DNA of 64,000 nt from Bacillota bacterium (lineage in GTDB: Bacteria > Bacillota > Limnochordia > DTU087). The stretch spans positions 20,336-84,335 of the forward strand of contig JAAYSL010000084.1 of the NCBI GenBank assembly GCA_012518315.1, written 5' to 3'. This document shows positions 48,256 through 57,740 of this stretch, piece after piece (within the stretch, counting starts at the first letter, position 1; each line of letters starts with the position of its first letter). The position numbers were made by a program, and so were the translations under genes. A model generated the notes under the pieces. The model had not been told where the DNA came from, made no database searches, and was given only the letters and a program-made list of their open reading frames with translations.

Positions 48256-48917
48256 TAGTCTGGATCACGGTTGATCAAGTCCTCTCTTCGGGAGATAGGT
48301 TCGGTTGTATCTGTATGACCCAAGATGGCCTCTTCGACTTCCCCTTCCACCAAGAACTGGACCGCATTGATCCCCGGTAGTTCTGTCAGTGAGTTGACTA
48401 CTGAAAACAATGTGAAAGTATCACCGGTGGAGCCACCCCAATGCTCTGTTTGGAATTCTCGAGAGAAATCCACATAGGCTACTCCCCCATCCACCCATAC
48501 CTGGCGTAGGCGAGCGTTCGGTGGCACCGTCTTGACTAGATTCTCAGTTTGAGGGCCTCGGATAAGCTCACCGATGACCATCTCGACTCTATCTACCTTA
48601 GAGTCATCTGCTATCCGTTGTTCCGGCCTTAAGTACATAGCCTCACCGTCGCTGAAGTAAACCGTGACGGTGTTTGTGTCTATCGTGCCACTAGGAGGCG
48701 GAGCTGACTTGGGAGATGTTTCTGTTGGGCTTGGCTCATGCACTTGTTCCGAAGGTGGAACTACAGTTCTCTCGGATAGCCACTCTCTTGCAGCCCCCAA
48801 ACACACCCCCACCATAAACAAAACCAGAAAAGTTACTGCCACTTTTTTTCGCATATTTATCGGCCCCATCCCCGCCCAAAGGGCCATTCTCCCCTTCCTA
48901 GAATTCCCGCAATTCAT
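48252..48917 (-). CDS. GerMN-domain (spore germination protein GerM-like) secreted protein
   Basis: TM/signal segment, Pro/Ser-rich linker, then GerMN-type domain (TVYFSDGEAMYLRPE...VWVDGGVAYVDFSREF). The true start is probably ATG 48854 (MRKKVAV...). Confidence 0.7.
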   Translation of the reverse strand: MNCGNSRKGRMALWAGMGPINMRKKVAVTFLVLFMVGVCLGAAREWLSERTVVPPSEQVHEPSPTETSPKSAPPPSGTIDTNTVTVYFSDGEAMYLRPEQRIADDSKVDRVEMVIGELIRGPQTENLVKTVPPNARLRQVWVDGGVAYVDFSREFQTEHWGGSTGDTFTLFSVVNSLTELPGINAVQFLVEGEVEEAILGHTDTTEPISRREDLINRDPDY

Positions 48918-48946
48918 CTATAACCTTCCCCTTACTATATTACCGC

Positions 48947-49519
48947 CTAGATGTTGCGAGAACCTCTCTGGGTGACGGGAATTCCTTGTTTACAAAAGGG
49001 ACAATTGGTCGGTTCATAGCTTTGAATATTCAGGGTTACCAGTGCTTCCAGGCGATAGCCAAAATCAATGGCCCCTCCACTTCTATCCATGAGAATCCCT
49101 ACGCCCTGGATATGGCCTCCTGTTTTTTCTACTAGCTCCAATACTTCCCGAACAGACCCTCCCGTAGTAACCACATCTTCCACCACCAAGACGTTTTCTG
49201 AAGGCTTGATGGCAAAACCACGACGAAGTCGCATCTTCCCATCTTCTCGTTCGGCGAAGATTGCCCTGGCCCCTAGCTGACGAGCCACCTCATAGGCGAG
49301 AATGATCCCACCTATTGCCGGACCCATGACTACATCGATGGGCACATCTTGAAAGCGCGTGGCTAACTCCCTACACAATCGCTCCCCGTGCTGGGGATGC
49401 TCTAAAACTCGGAATTTCTCAAAATACCGATCACTGTGGCGACCTGATGTCAAAAGAAAGTGACCTTCTATGTAGGCACCAGTCTGTTCCAGGATAGCCA
49501 TGATCTCTTTATCTGTCAC
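48947..49519 (-). CDS. pyrE: orotate phosphoribosyltransferase
   Basis: PRTase motif VLVVEDVVTTGGS, 190 aa. Confidence 0.9.
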   Translation of the reverse strand: MTDKEIMAILEQTGAYIEGHFLLTSGRHSDRYFEKFRVLEHPQHGERLCRELATRFQDVPIDVVMGPAIGGIILAYEVARQLGARAIFAEREDGKMRLRRGFAIKPSENVLVVEDVVTTGGSVREVLELVEKTGGHIQGVGILMDRSGGAIDFGYRLEALVTLNIQSYEPTNCPFCKQGIPVTQRGSRNI

Positions 49520-49526
49520 TTGCCCT

Positions 49527-50282
49527 TCACCTCTCTGTATGACCTGAAAGCTCCTCTAAGATCCTTGTTGCCGCGCCCAAAGGATCACTCGCCGCGGTAA
49601 TGGGTCTGCCAATGACCAAGTAGCTGGCCCCCAAGGCTAATGCTTCTTGAGGAGATGCGACCCTCCTTTGATCACCCCGGGTTCCCCAAGAAGGACGAAT
49701 TCCGGGGGTAACTATCAGCGCTTCTTTGCCTAGGGCCTGGCGAAGCCCTTTAACCTCCCTAGGTGAAGCTACAATACCCTGTAGCCCACTTTCTATTGCC
49801 ATTTTGCCTAAGTAGACCACGTAGTCTTCTAGCCCTTCCTTAATCCGAAGCTCGTTCTGTAGTGTGTCTCCATCGATGCTAGTTAGCACTGTCACTCCCA
49901 GCAAGATCATGGGATTGGGAGCCAAGGCAGCTGCGTGGGCCGCCGCCTCCAACATGGCAGTGCCACCACTTATATGGATAGTCAACATGTCTACACCCAA
50001 TCTGGCTGCGGCAGCAATGGCACCTTTTAGAGTGTTGGGTATATCATGGTACTTAAGATCTAGAAAAACCTTGCCACCTATAGCTTTGATAGCCTCAATA
50101 GTTCTTGGCCCCTCGGCAGTGAAAAGCTCCATTCCGATCTTGAAGAAACTAACTACCGGGTATAGTTCATCCACCAGTTCCCGGGCAGCGGGCCAATCAG
50201 GTACATCCAGGGCCACTATTATCGGGTTTTCCTCAGGCATCTTCGGCTGTCTTTGATTCTCCATAGCGCTTCCTCCTAGCAA
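49527..50282 (-). CDS. pyrF: orotidine 5'-phosphate decarboxylase
   Basis: IIVALDVPD...FFKIGMELF and DLKYHDIPNT motifs. Confidence 0.9.
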   Translation of the reverse strand: MLGGSAMENQRQPKMPEENPIIVALDVPDWPAARELVDELYPVVSFFKIGMELFTAEGPRTIEAIKAIGGKVFLDLKYHDIPNTLKGAIAAAARLGVDMLTIHISGGTAMLEAAAHAAALAPNPMILLGVTVLTSIDGDTLQNELRIKEGLEDYVVYLGKMAIESGLQGIVASPREVKGLRQALGKEALIVTPGIRPSWGTRGDQRRVASPQEALALGASYLVIGRPITAASDPLGAATRILEELSGHTER

Positions 50283-50292
50283 AGTATGGGTC

Positions 50293-51213
50293 TCACTTCC
50301 AGGCAGCCCCTACCAGCTGACTTATGGAATCTATACCTTCTTTTTGCATGTAGTCAAGTAGACCTTGGTTGATATCCCGAGCAATACCTGGGTTTACGAA
50401 AAAGGCAGTACCTATTCCGACGGCATCTGCCCCAGCCAGGATAAACTCTAGGGCGCTTTGCCAAGAGTCAATACCACCCATGCCGATTACCGGAACCCTC
50501 ACCGCCTGTGCTACCTGCCAAACCATCCGGACAGCTAAGGGGCGAATACAAGGCCCTGATAAACCACCGATTTTATTGCCTAGGACAGGGCGCCGCTTGT
50601 GAATATCTATAGCCATGCCGACAAAGGTATTGACCAGGGAGATAGCATCGGCACCCGCGGCCTCCACTGCCTGGGCAATGGCAGTTATATCTGTGACATT
50701 AGGCGAGAGTTTGACAATCACTGGCCTAGATGCTATCGCCTTAGCCGCTCGGGTTACTGAGGCGGCCGTCTCTGGGTCTGTACCAAAGGCCATGCCACCT
50801 TGCCGCACATTAGGGCATGAGATATTCAGCTCATAGGCGGCGATACCTTGGGCTTTTTCTAGGTGCTCGATCACTTGGGGGTATTCATCCACCGTCCTTC
50901 CCGCAATATTCACTACAATCGGCAAATCATAGGGAGTGAGTTTTGGAAGTTTGTCGTGAATAAAAGCTTCTACACCGCAGTTTTCCAGGCCAATAGCATT
51001 TAGCATGCCAGATGGGGTTTCCAAGATCCTGGGAGGTCTATTACCTAGCCATGGCTCCAGAGTGGTACCCTTGACTACCACCGCACCCAGGTCGGCGAAG
51101 TCCACCAAAGGATGATACTCCAATCCATAGCCAAAGGTGCCTGATGCCGTCATGATGGGAGTTCGCAGGCTAAGCCCACAAAGGGCCACCTTGAGACTAG
51201 GGTTTTTCATCAA
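50293..51213 (-). CDS. pyrD: dihydroorotate dehydrogenase 1B catalytic subunit
   Basis: NPIMTASGTFGYG, ...NISCPN, ...VIGMGGI. Confidence 0.9.
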   Translation of the reverse strand: MMKNPSLKVALCGLSLRTPIMTASGTFGYGLEYHPLVDFADLGAVVVKGTTLEPWLGNRPPRILETPSGMLNAIGLENCGVEAFIHDKLPKLTPYDLPIVVNIAGRTVDEYPQVIEHLEKAQGIAAYELNISCPNVRQGGMAFGTDPETAASVTRAAKAIASRPVIVKLSPNVTDITAIAQAVEAAGADAISLVNTFVGMAIDIHKRRPVLGNKIGGLSGPCIRPLAVRMVWQVAQAVRVPVIGMGGIDSWQSALEFILAGADAVGIGTAFFVNPGIARDINQGLLDYMQKEGIDSISQLVGAAWK

Positions 51214-51994
51214 GAATCACCTCCCTGCCATCAAAAACCGGTCCCTCGGTACACACTCTAGAATAATTGTGGCTTCTAGTCGTACGACAGGTACAACCCA
51301 AACAGGCTCCTACCCCACAAGCCATGGTGCTTTCCAAGGAAACCTGGCAAGGGATCCCAACCTTCGCACAAAGGGATACCGCCGCCGCCATGACAGGCTC
51401 TGGCCCACAGATATATGCCGCGGTGCACGTAGCTAGGTGATTTGTCTCTTTGTGCAACAGTTCAATGATATTGCCGCAAAACCCCTCTGTCCCATCATCA
51501 GTAGCAGCAAAGAACCTGGTAGAAGCTCTCACCAGATCCGGATCCGCAAGGAGGCTTTCGGTAGAGCGTGCCCCTAGAAAAGTATAGACCGTGTTGCCTT
51601 TGTCGTGGGCCATGCAGGCCAGGTATACCAGTGGTGCCACTCCTACACCACCCGCGATGATGGCGATGGGGCCTTTAGTGGGTTCTAATTGAAATCCCTT
51701 GCCCAACGGACCCATGGTATCCACAGTATCACCTGGCACAAACCGGGTGAGCTCCTTGGTGCCCTTACCTTTGACTTGATAAAGAAAAGAAATCTCACCT
51801 TGCTCCTTAGTCACATTATGAAAGCTTAGGGGACGGCGCAGCAAAGGATCGGTCAAATCCTTCGTACTACAGCGCAAAAGGGCAAATTGGCCGGGAAGTG
51901 CCTTCCGGGCTATCTCGGGAGAGACGAGGCGCAGAAGGTAATAACCTGGCTTTACTTCTCTATTTAAAATGACTTTCGCCTGACAGGTGATCAT
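51197..51994 (-). CDS. pyrK: dihydroorotate dehydrogenase electron-transfer subunit (FAD/2Fe-2S)
   Basis: FNR-like fold and C-terminal Cys cluster CGVGACLGC. Confidence 0.9.
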   Translation of the reverse strand: MITCQAKVILNREVKPGYYLLRLVSPEIARKALPGQFALLRCSTKDLTDPLLRRPLSFHNVTKEQGEISFLYQVKGKGTKELTRFVPGDTVDTMGPLGKGFQLEPTKGPIAIIAGGVGVAPLVYLACMAHDKGNTVYTFLGARSTESLLADPDLVRASTRFFAATDDGTEGFCGNIIELLHKETNHLATCTAAYICGPEPVMAAAVSLCAKVGIPCQVSLESTMACGVGACLGCTCRTTRSHNYSRVCTEGPVFDGREVILDEKP

Positions 51995-54900
51995 TTAGTT
52001 TCATCCTTTACGAATGTAGGATATTCTTGGCCGAGGGCATAATAATCCGTCAGAGACAAAAGGCTGGGCTCTCCCTTCTTCCGGCGAAACCTGACTGCTC
52101 TAGCGAAGGCAGCTAGCGTATCTAGGGAGGTAAAACAGGGAATGCCTAGCTCAACCGCGGTACGACGGATGCGAAAACCATCTCTTTGGGGCTGTTTGCC
52201 AGCTGTCATGGTGTTGATCACGAGTCTAATCTGGCCTTTTCGCAAAACATCAATAACTGTAGGAGGTGCTTCGTGAAGCTTACCTACTCTATCTGCTTTG
52301 ATACCGTTTTTTGCCAGGAACTCTGCTGTTCCGGGAGTTGCTGAGATGGAAAAACCAAGGCGAGAGAGCTCACTAAGCACCCAAAGACTCTCCTCTTTGT
52401 CCCGATCGGCGATGGTAGCAAGAATCATTCCACTTTCGGGCAGGGACACACCACCGGCAAGGAATGCCTTGTATAAAGCGGCACCCCAGTCGGTATCTGC
52501 TGCCATACACTCTCCTGTAGATTTCATCTCGGGACTTAGATACACATCGACACCTTTTAGCTTAGCGAAACTAAAGACTGGCATTTTTACCCCAATCACC
52601 GGTGATTTGGGATAGAGACCAATGCCATAGCCTAGATCGACAAGTCTTTGTCCAAGTGTCACCCGGCAAGCCAAGGCAACTAGAGGAACTCCCGTCAGTT
52701 TGCTCAAGAAAGGCACAGTACGACTCGCCCTGGGGTTAACCTCCAGCACGTAAACTTGATCTTGGTGCACCACGTACTGGATATTTAGTAGTCCTCTAAT
52801 CGGCAGGGCTTGGGCTAAGCGGCGGGTGATATCTACAATCTCTTTTTCCAGCTCTGGTCTCAAGTTAGCCGGGCAAAAAGCTATACTATCACCGGAATGA
52901 ACCCCCGCCCGCTCTACATGCTGCATAATTGAGGGGATCAGGATATCTCGGCCATCACTTACCGCATCCACCTCAAGCTCTATACCTGGCAGGTATTTAT
53001 CGATGAGAACCGGCTTATCCTCCCTGACCCGGACAGCACCCTCGATATACTCCCAAAGCTCACCGGGGTTATGAATGATGGCCATAGCCCGGCCACCGAG
53101 GACATAAGATGGCCTCACCAGAACAGGATAGCCAATGGCCTCGGCGGCCTCAAGGGCGGCTGCATGCGTATAAACAGTCTTCCCTTGAGGGCGACGGATA
53201 TTAAGCCTTTCGAGAAGTGCCTCAAACTTCTCCCGGTCTTCTGCCTGGTCGATGGCATCCAGGGAAGTGCCCCAAATCGGTACCTTGGCCTTAGCTAAAG
53301 TCTCCGCCAGGTTGAGGGCAGTTTGGCCACCAAACTGAACAATGGCCCCATCGGGTTTCTCCCGCTCCACAATATTGAGCACATCTTCACTAGTTAATGG
53401 TTCAAAATATAACCGGTGAGCGATATCGAAATCGGTGCTAACTGTCTCAGGGTTATTGTTGATGATAATCGTTTTGATGCCATGACGCTTCAGCTCCAGC
53501 GCGGCGTGGACATTGCAGTAATCAAACTCAATTCCCTGTCCGATGCGGATAGGGCCAGAACCGATGATGAGCACCTTTTCTCCGGCCTCAGAAAACGGCC
53601 CTGCCTTTGTCCCATAGCTAGAATAGTAGTAGGCAGGGGCAGCTTCTCGGCGGCTGGCATTGACACTGACCTCTTGGTATGCTGGCAAGAGCCCGGTCTT
53701 AAGTCTCTTCTCCCGAATCTCATCTTCGGTGGTGTTCCAGATCCGGGCAAGGGTGGCATCGGCAAAGCCAATCTCTTTGGCTTTTTCCAGGTAGGGCCAA
53801 TCTCGTGAAGCATCTAGATCCTGCCCTGTCTGTAAGTGCTTCTCCATGTCTACTAGGCCTTGGATCTGATTAAGAAACCAAGGATCAATACCGGTAAGGA
53901 TATGAAGTGTCTTGGTGTCTTCTCCTCTATACATGGCTTCCGCCAAAAGAAAAAGCCTTTGATCATCAGCTTCCTCAAGCCGCCGCATCAGTTCACTATC
54001 TGGCAGCTGCCTAAGATAAGGAAGAGCAAGTCCCATGGCCTCGGTTTCCAAAGATCTTATGGCTTTTAGTAAAGCTGCCGGGAAATTGACATCGATGGCC
54101 ATGGTCTCACCGGTAGCTTTCATCTGGGTACCCAGGGCCCGATTTGCCTCGTGGAATTTGTCAAAGGGCCAGCGTGGTATTTTTACAACTACATAGTCAA
54201 GGACAAGTTCCTGGTTGGCATAGGTAAGGCCGGTACTGGGACTTATGATCTCATCTAGAGTAAGGCCCACCGCCACCTTGGCAGCAACCCTTGCGATGGG
54301 ATAACCGGTGGCCTTTGATGCTAGAGCACTGGAACGACTCACCCGCGGGTTGACTTCAATGACATAGTAGCTTCCGTCCGTAGGGTGTAAGGCAAATTGG
54401 ACATTACAGCCCCCTGCTATGCCAAGGTTTCTTACTATCCGTAGGGCGGCGCTCCGTAGGGTATGATTCTCTTTGACACTGATGGTTTGGCTCGGTGCGA
54501 CAACTATACTATCCCCGGTATGAATACCCACAGGATCGAGGTTCTCCATGGTGCAAACTACGACACAGTTGTCTTTGCCATCCCGGATAACCTCATATTC
54601 AACTTCTTTCCATCCTGCTACACTTCTTTCGATGAGCACCTGACCGATGGGGCTGCTTGCCAGGCCCCGCTCCACGGTATCAATTAACTCATCCTTATTG
54701 GTGACTATCCCACCTCCAGCTCCTCCTAGGGTATAGGCGGGTCGAATGATTAAAGGGTAGCCAATTGTCTGGGCAAAGTGAAGAGCCCCGGCGCAAGATG
54801 TGACTATGGCACTTTCCGGCACAGGTTCACCTAGCTTTTCCATAGCTAACTTAAACTCTTCCCGATCTTCGGCCCCCTTTATTGCATGTAAAGGTGTGCC

Positions 54901-55248
54901 CAAAAGCCGGACATTGTGCCTTACCAAAATGCCTTGTTGGTCTGCTTCAACAGCGAGGTTAAGACCAATCTGTCCACCCATGGTGGGCAACAGTCCATCT
55001 GGTTTTTCCCGAGCGATTATCCTTTCTACTGTTTCCCAAGTTAGGGGTTCAATATAGACTACATCAGCGATATCAGCATCAGTCATGATGGTAGCTGGAT
55101 TGCTATTTAGAAGTACTACTTCTAGCCCTTCTTCTCTTAGGGCCCTACAAGCCTGGGTGCCAGCATAGTCAAACTCTGCTGCCTGACCGATGACAATTGG
55201 ACCTGAACCGATTACCATTACTTTTTTCAGAGTTTTATCGATGGGCAT
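51991..55248 (-). CDS. carB: carbamoyl-phosphate synthase large subunit
   Basis: Duplicated ATP-grasp halves (VMVIGSGPIVIGQAAEFDYAGTQA... and VLIIGSGPIRIGQGIEFDYC...), MGS-like C-terminus, 1085 aa. Confidence 0.92.
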   Translation of the reverse strand: MPIDKTLKKVMVIGSGPIVIGQAAEFDYAGTQACRALREEGLEVVLLNSNPATIMTDADIADVVYIEPLTWETVERIIAREKPDGLLPTMGGQIGLNLAVEADQQGILVRHNVRLLGTPLHAIKGAEDREEFKLAMEKLGEPVPESAIVTSCAGALHFAQTIGYPLIIRPAYTLGGAGGGIVTNKDELIDTVERGLASSPIGQVLIERSVAGWKEVEYEVIRDGKDNCVVVCTMENLDPVGIHTGDSIVVAPSQTISVKENHTLRSAALRIVRNLGIAGGCNVQFALHPTDGSYYVIEVNPRVSRSSALASKATGYPIARVAAKVAVGLTLDEIISPSTGLTYANQELVLDYVVVKIPRWPFDKFHEANRALGTQMKATGETMAIDVNFPAALLKAIRSLETEAMGLALPYLRQLPDSELMRRLEEADDQRLFLLAEAMYRGEDTKTLHILTGIDPWFLNQIQGLVDMEKHLQTGQDLDASRDWPYLEKAKEIGFADATLARIWNTTEDEIREKRLKTGLLPAYQEVSVNASRREAAPAYYYSSYGTKAGPFSEAGEKVLIIGSGPIRIGQGIEFDYCNVHAALELKRHGIKTIIINNNPETVSTDFDIAHRLYFEPLTSEDVLNIVEREKPDGAIVQFGGQTALNLAETLAKAKVPIWGTSLDAIDQAEDREKFEALLERLNIRRPQGKTVYTHAAALEAAEAIGYPVLVRPSYVLGGRAMAIIHNPGELWEYIEGAVRVREDKPVLIDKYLPGIELEVDAVSDGRDILIPSIMQHVERAGVHSGDSIAFCPANLRPELEKEIVDITRRLAQALPIRGLLNIQYVVHQDQVYVLEVNPRASRTVPFLSKLTGVPLVALACRVTLGQRLVDLGYGIGLYPKSPVIGVKMPVFSFAKLKGVDVYLSPEMKSTGECMAADTDWGAALYKAFLAGGVSLPESGMILATIADRDKEESLWVLSELSRLGFSISATPGTAEFLAKNGIKADRVGKLHEAPPTVIDVLRKGQIRLVINTMTAGKQPQRDGFRIRRTAVELGIPCFTSLDTLAAFARAVRFRRKKGEPSLLSLTDYYALGQEYPTFVKDETK

Positions 55249-56535
55249 CTATTTCGCCTCCCCAAAGGCTATGTTGCCACCAACGATGGTGACGACCGGC
55301 CATCCAAACAACTGCTCACCAGCGAAAGGCGTGTTGCTCGAGCGGCTAAAGAATGTTTTGGGGTCAACTGTTTTCGCCAATGCCTCATCCATAATGACAA
55401 TATCCGCTCGATTGCCTACAGCTAGACCATGATCAGTGAGTCCCAAAAGCTTTGCCGGTTGATACGACATTCTCTCCCACAGGGTAGCAAGTTCGAGAAG
55501 ACCTGGCTTTACTAAATGAGTATACAAGAGGGGCAAGGCGGTCTCTAGGCCAATGAGGCCAAACTCGGCTTGCATGTAGTCACAATCTTTTTCCTCCCAC
55601 GTGTGGGGCGCATGGTCAGTAGCGATGCAGTCGATCACCCCGGAAGTTAAGGCTTTCCGCAGTGCCTCCACATGTTCCTTGCTCCTTAGGGGAGGATTGA
55701 CCTTGGTATTTGTATCGAAGCTTTGCACTGCCTCATCAGTGAGAACCAGATGGTGAGGAGTCACTTCACAGCTTACCTTGATGCCCCTAGCCTTGGCAGC
55801 TGTGATTAGCTCGATACTCTCCTTGGTGGATACATGGGCAATATGCACCCACGAATTCGTAGCTTTGGCTAGCAATAAATCCCTTGCCACCATCACCGAT
55901 TCGGCCTCTGCTGGAATACCTGGCAGACCTAGAATGGTGGAGATAAATCCTTCATGCATCACACCTTTTCCCATGAGCCTAGGGTCTTCGGCGTGGCTGA
56001 TTACCGGTATACCAAAGGGGCGGCTGTACTCAAGGGCACGGCGCATGATTTCACCATCGACTATAGGGTCGCCATCGTCACTTATACCCCAAACACCAGC
56101 CTCGACCAATTCTCCGATCTCGGCTAGCTCCTGGCCCTTCCGCCCTTTGGTCACACAACCTACGGGAATCACCCTGACACTAGCTTCCTTAGCTTTTAGT
56201 AGAATAGCACTAATAGTAGCACCAGAGTCTATGGGTGGGGTAGTATTGGGCATGCAAACAATGGTGGTAAATCCCCCAGCTGCAGCTGCTTTCGCACCGG
56301 TAGCAATTGTCTCTTTATCTTCTCTTCCTGGCTCCCGAAGGTGTACATGGGTATCGATTAGTCCGGGGCCCACGATCTTGTCGGTGGCATCAATTATTAT
56401 GTCCCCTGCTTGTGGCTGAATGTCTCTGCCTATAGAGACAATACGGGAACCTTCAATCCTAAGACTGCCTGCTGTCAGGTGATGGCCATCAGTATCCTTG
56501 AGCAGCAGCTTGCCTTGTTTAATCAAGATCGACAC
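55249..56535 (-). CDS. pyrC: dihydroorotase
   Basis: Amidohydrolase motifs (DTHVHLREPG, ...ATDHAPH). Confidence 0.9.
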   Translation of the reverse strand: MSILIKQGKLLLKDTDGHHLTAGSLRIEGSRIVSIGRDIQPQAGDIIIDATDKIVGPGLIDTHVHLREPGREDKETIATGAKAAAAGGFTTIVCMPNTTPPIDSGATISAILLKAKEASVRVIPVGCVTKGRKGQELAEIGELVEAGVWGISDDGDPIVDGEIMRRALEYSRPFGIPVISHAEDPRLMGKGVMHEGFISTILGLPGIPAEAESVMVARDLLLAKATNSWVHIAHVSTKESIELITAAKARGIKVSCEVTPHHLVLTDEAVQSFDTNTKVNPPLRSKEHVEALRKALTSGVIDCIATDHAPHTWEEKDCDYMQAEFGLIGLETALPLLYTHLVKPGLLELATLWERMSYQPAKLLGLTDHGLAVGNRADIVIMDEALAKTVDPKTFFSRSSNTPFAGEQLFGWPVVTIVGGNIAFGEAK

Positions 56536-57463
56536 TTTGACGCCCTCCCCCTATCAGGTGGTAAAGTACTGCCATACGTACTGCTACACCATTAGTCACC
56601 TGTTCCTGGATGGAGGATGCTTTGCTATAGGCAACTTCTGTGGTTATCTCTACCCCAAGATTCGCAGGTCCCGGATGCATCACCACTACCTCCGGTTTCG
56701 TGCGCTCCATTCGGGCGGCATTCAAGCCGAAAAGGCGACTATATTCCCTTAGTGAAGGGAAAAGCCCCTCCTCTTGCCTTTCTCGTTGGATGCGCAGTAC
56801 ATAGATCAGGTCCGCTGTCTCAAGCTTAGCATCATCTAGGCTTTCTGCTACTTCTACACCTAGCTTCTCCAAACCCGGTGGGATTAGGGTGGCGGGCCCA
56901 CACACCGTCACTTTGGCTCCCAACCGCCGAAGGCCATAGATATTAGATTTGGCAACTCGACTATGGCGGATGTCCCCGATGATCAAAGCGTCTTTATCTT
57001 GGAAGGAATCCCAGCGCTCCTTTAGTGTGAGGAGATCAAGTAGTGCCTGAGTGGGATGCTCATGGGCTCCATCACCGGCATTGATTACTGCAGGCCGCAA
57101 GCAGCGGGCCAGATATTGGGGAGTGCCTGCGACGGAATGCCGCAAGACAATGGCATCGACACCCATGGCTTCCAGGGTTTTGGCCGTATCCTTTAGGCTC
57201 TCACCTTTAACCACACTACTATTGGATACTGAAACATTAATCACATCGGCACTGAGCCATTTGCCTGCAATCTCAAAAGAGCTACGGGTGCGGGTACTAG
57301 GCTCATAGAACAAGTTGACTACCGTCTTGCCCCTTAAAGTAGGGAATTTCTTCACACTTCGCTGAAAAACGCCCTTAAAGGACAAGGCAGAACGCAGCAG
57401 GGTTTCGGTTTCTTCTGCTGAGAGATCTGCAAGACCAAGCAGGTCTTTCCGTTGCCATGCCAT
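56519..57463 (-). CDS. pyrB: aspartate carbamoyltransferase catalytic subunit
   Basis: STRTR carbamoyl-phosphate binding motif and HPGP motif (VVMHPGP). Confidence 0.9.
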   Translation of the reverse strand: MAWQRKDLLGLADLSAEETETLLRSALSFKGVFQRSVKKFPTLRGKTVVNLFYEPSTRTRSSFEIAGKWLSADVINVSVSNSSVVKGESLKDTAKTLEAMGVDAIVLRHSVAGTPQYLARCLRPAVINAGDGAHEHPTQALLDLLTLKERWDSFQDKDALIIGDIRHSRVAKSNIYGLRRLGAKVTVCGPATLIPPGLEKLGVEVAESLDDAKLETADLIYVLRIQRERQEEGLFPSLREYSRLFGLNAARMERTKPEVVVMHPGPANLGVEITTEVAYSKASSIQEQVTNGVAVRMAVLYHLIGGGRQSVDLD

Positions 57464-57520
57464 GACTTCACCTCCGCGTTAATGAACCTCGCCCCCTTGC
57501 CCGTTTACCGATACTACCCA

Positions 57521-57552
57521 TAAAAAAAACCCTGCCATCCGGCAGGGCATGC
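57521..57552 (-). terminator. intrinsic terminator of the pyr leader attenuator (also terminates the upstream oxidoreductase gene)
   Basis: Minus strand: GCAUGCCCUGCC-GGAU-GGCAGGGU followed by UUUUUUUU, about 60 nt upstream of the pyrB ATG. Confidence 0.75.
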
Positions 57553-57613
57553 ATCTTCAATATAGCTTACAACAAGCTCCGGTGAATTGGCTACACCGGT
57601 AGTTGTCCCCTTG

Positions 57614-57631
57614 CTGACCTCGCCGGATCAT
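57614..57631 (-). promoter_or_regulatory. PyrR-binding loop candidate (anti-antiterminator) in pyrB leader
   Basis: Minus-strand RNA GAUCCGGCGAGGUC fits ARUCCNGNGAGGYU at 12/14 positions. It sits in the loop of a UUCCCUU/AAGGGGA stem upstream of the terminator. Confidence 0.5.
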
Positions 57632-57740
57632 CTTAAAGGGAAGCGAGTTTCTTTCGCTTATCGTACCAGTCGCTAGCTAGGTTGTCAATAGGTCAGCACG
57701 TCATTTCACCTAGCCAACGTCATTTTCTCTGGCCACCGTT

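Noticed and set aside
55778-56419. 213-aa ORF on the plus strand inside pyrC
   Set aside because: Antisense to a well-supported housekeeping gene, with Ala/Ser/Pro-rich composition typical of antisense frames in GC-moderate DNA. Not credible.
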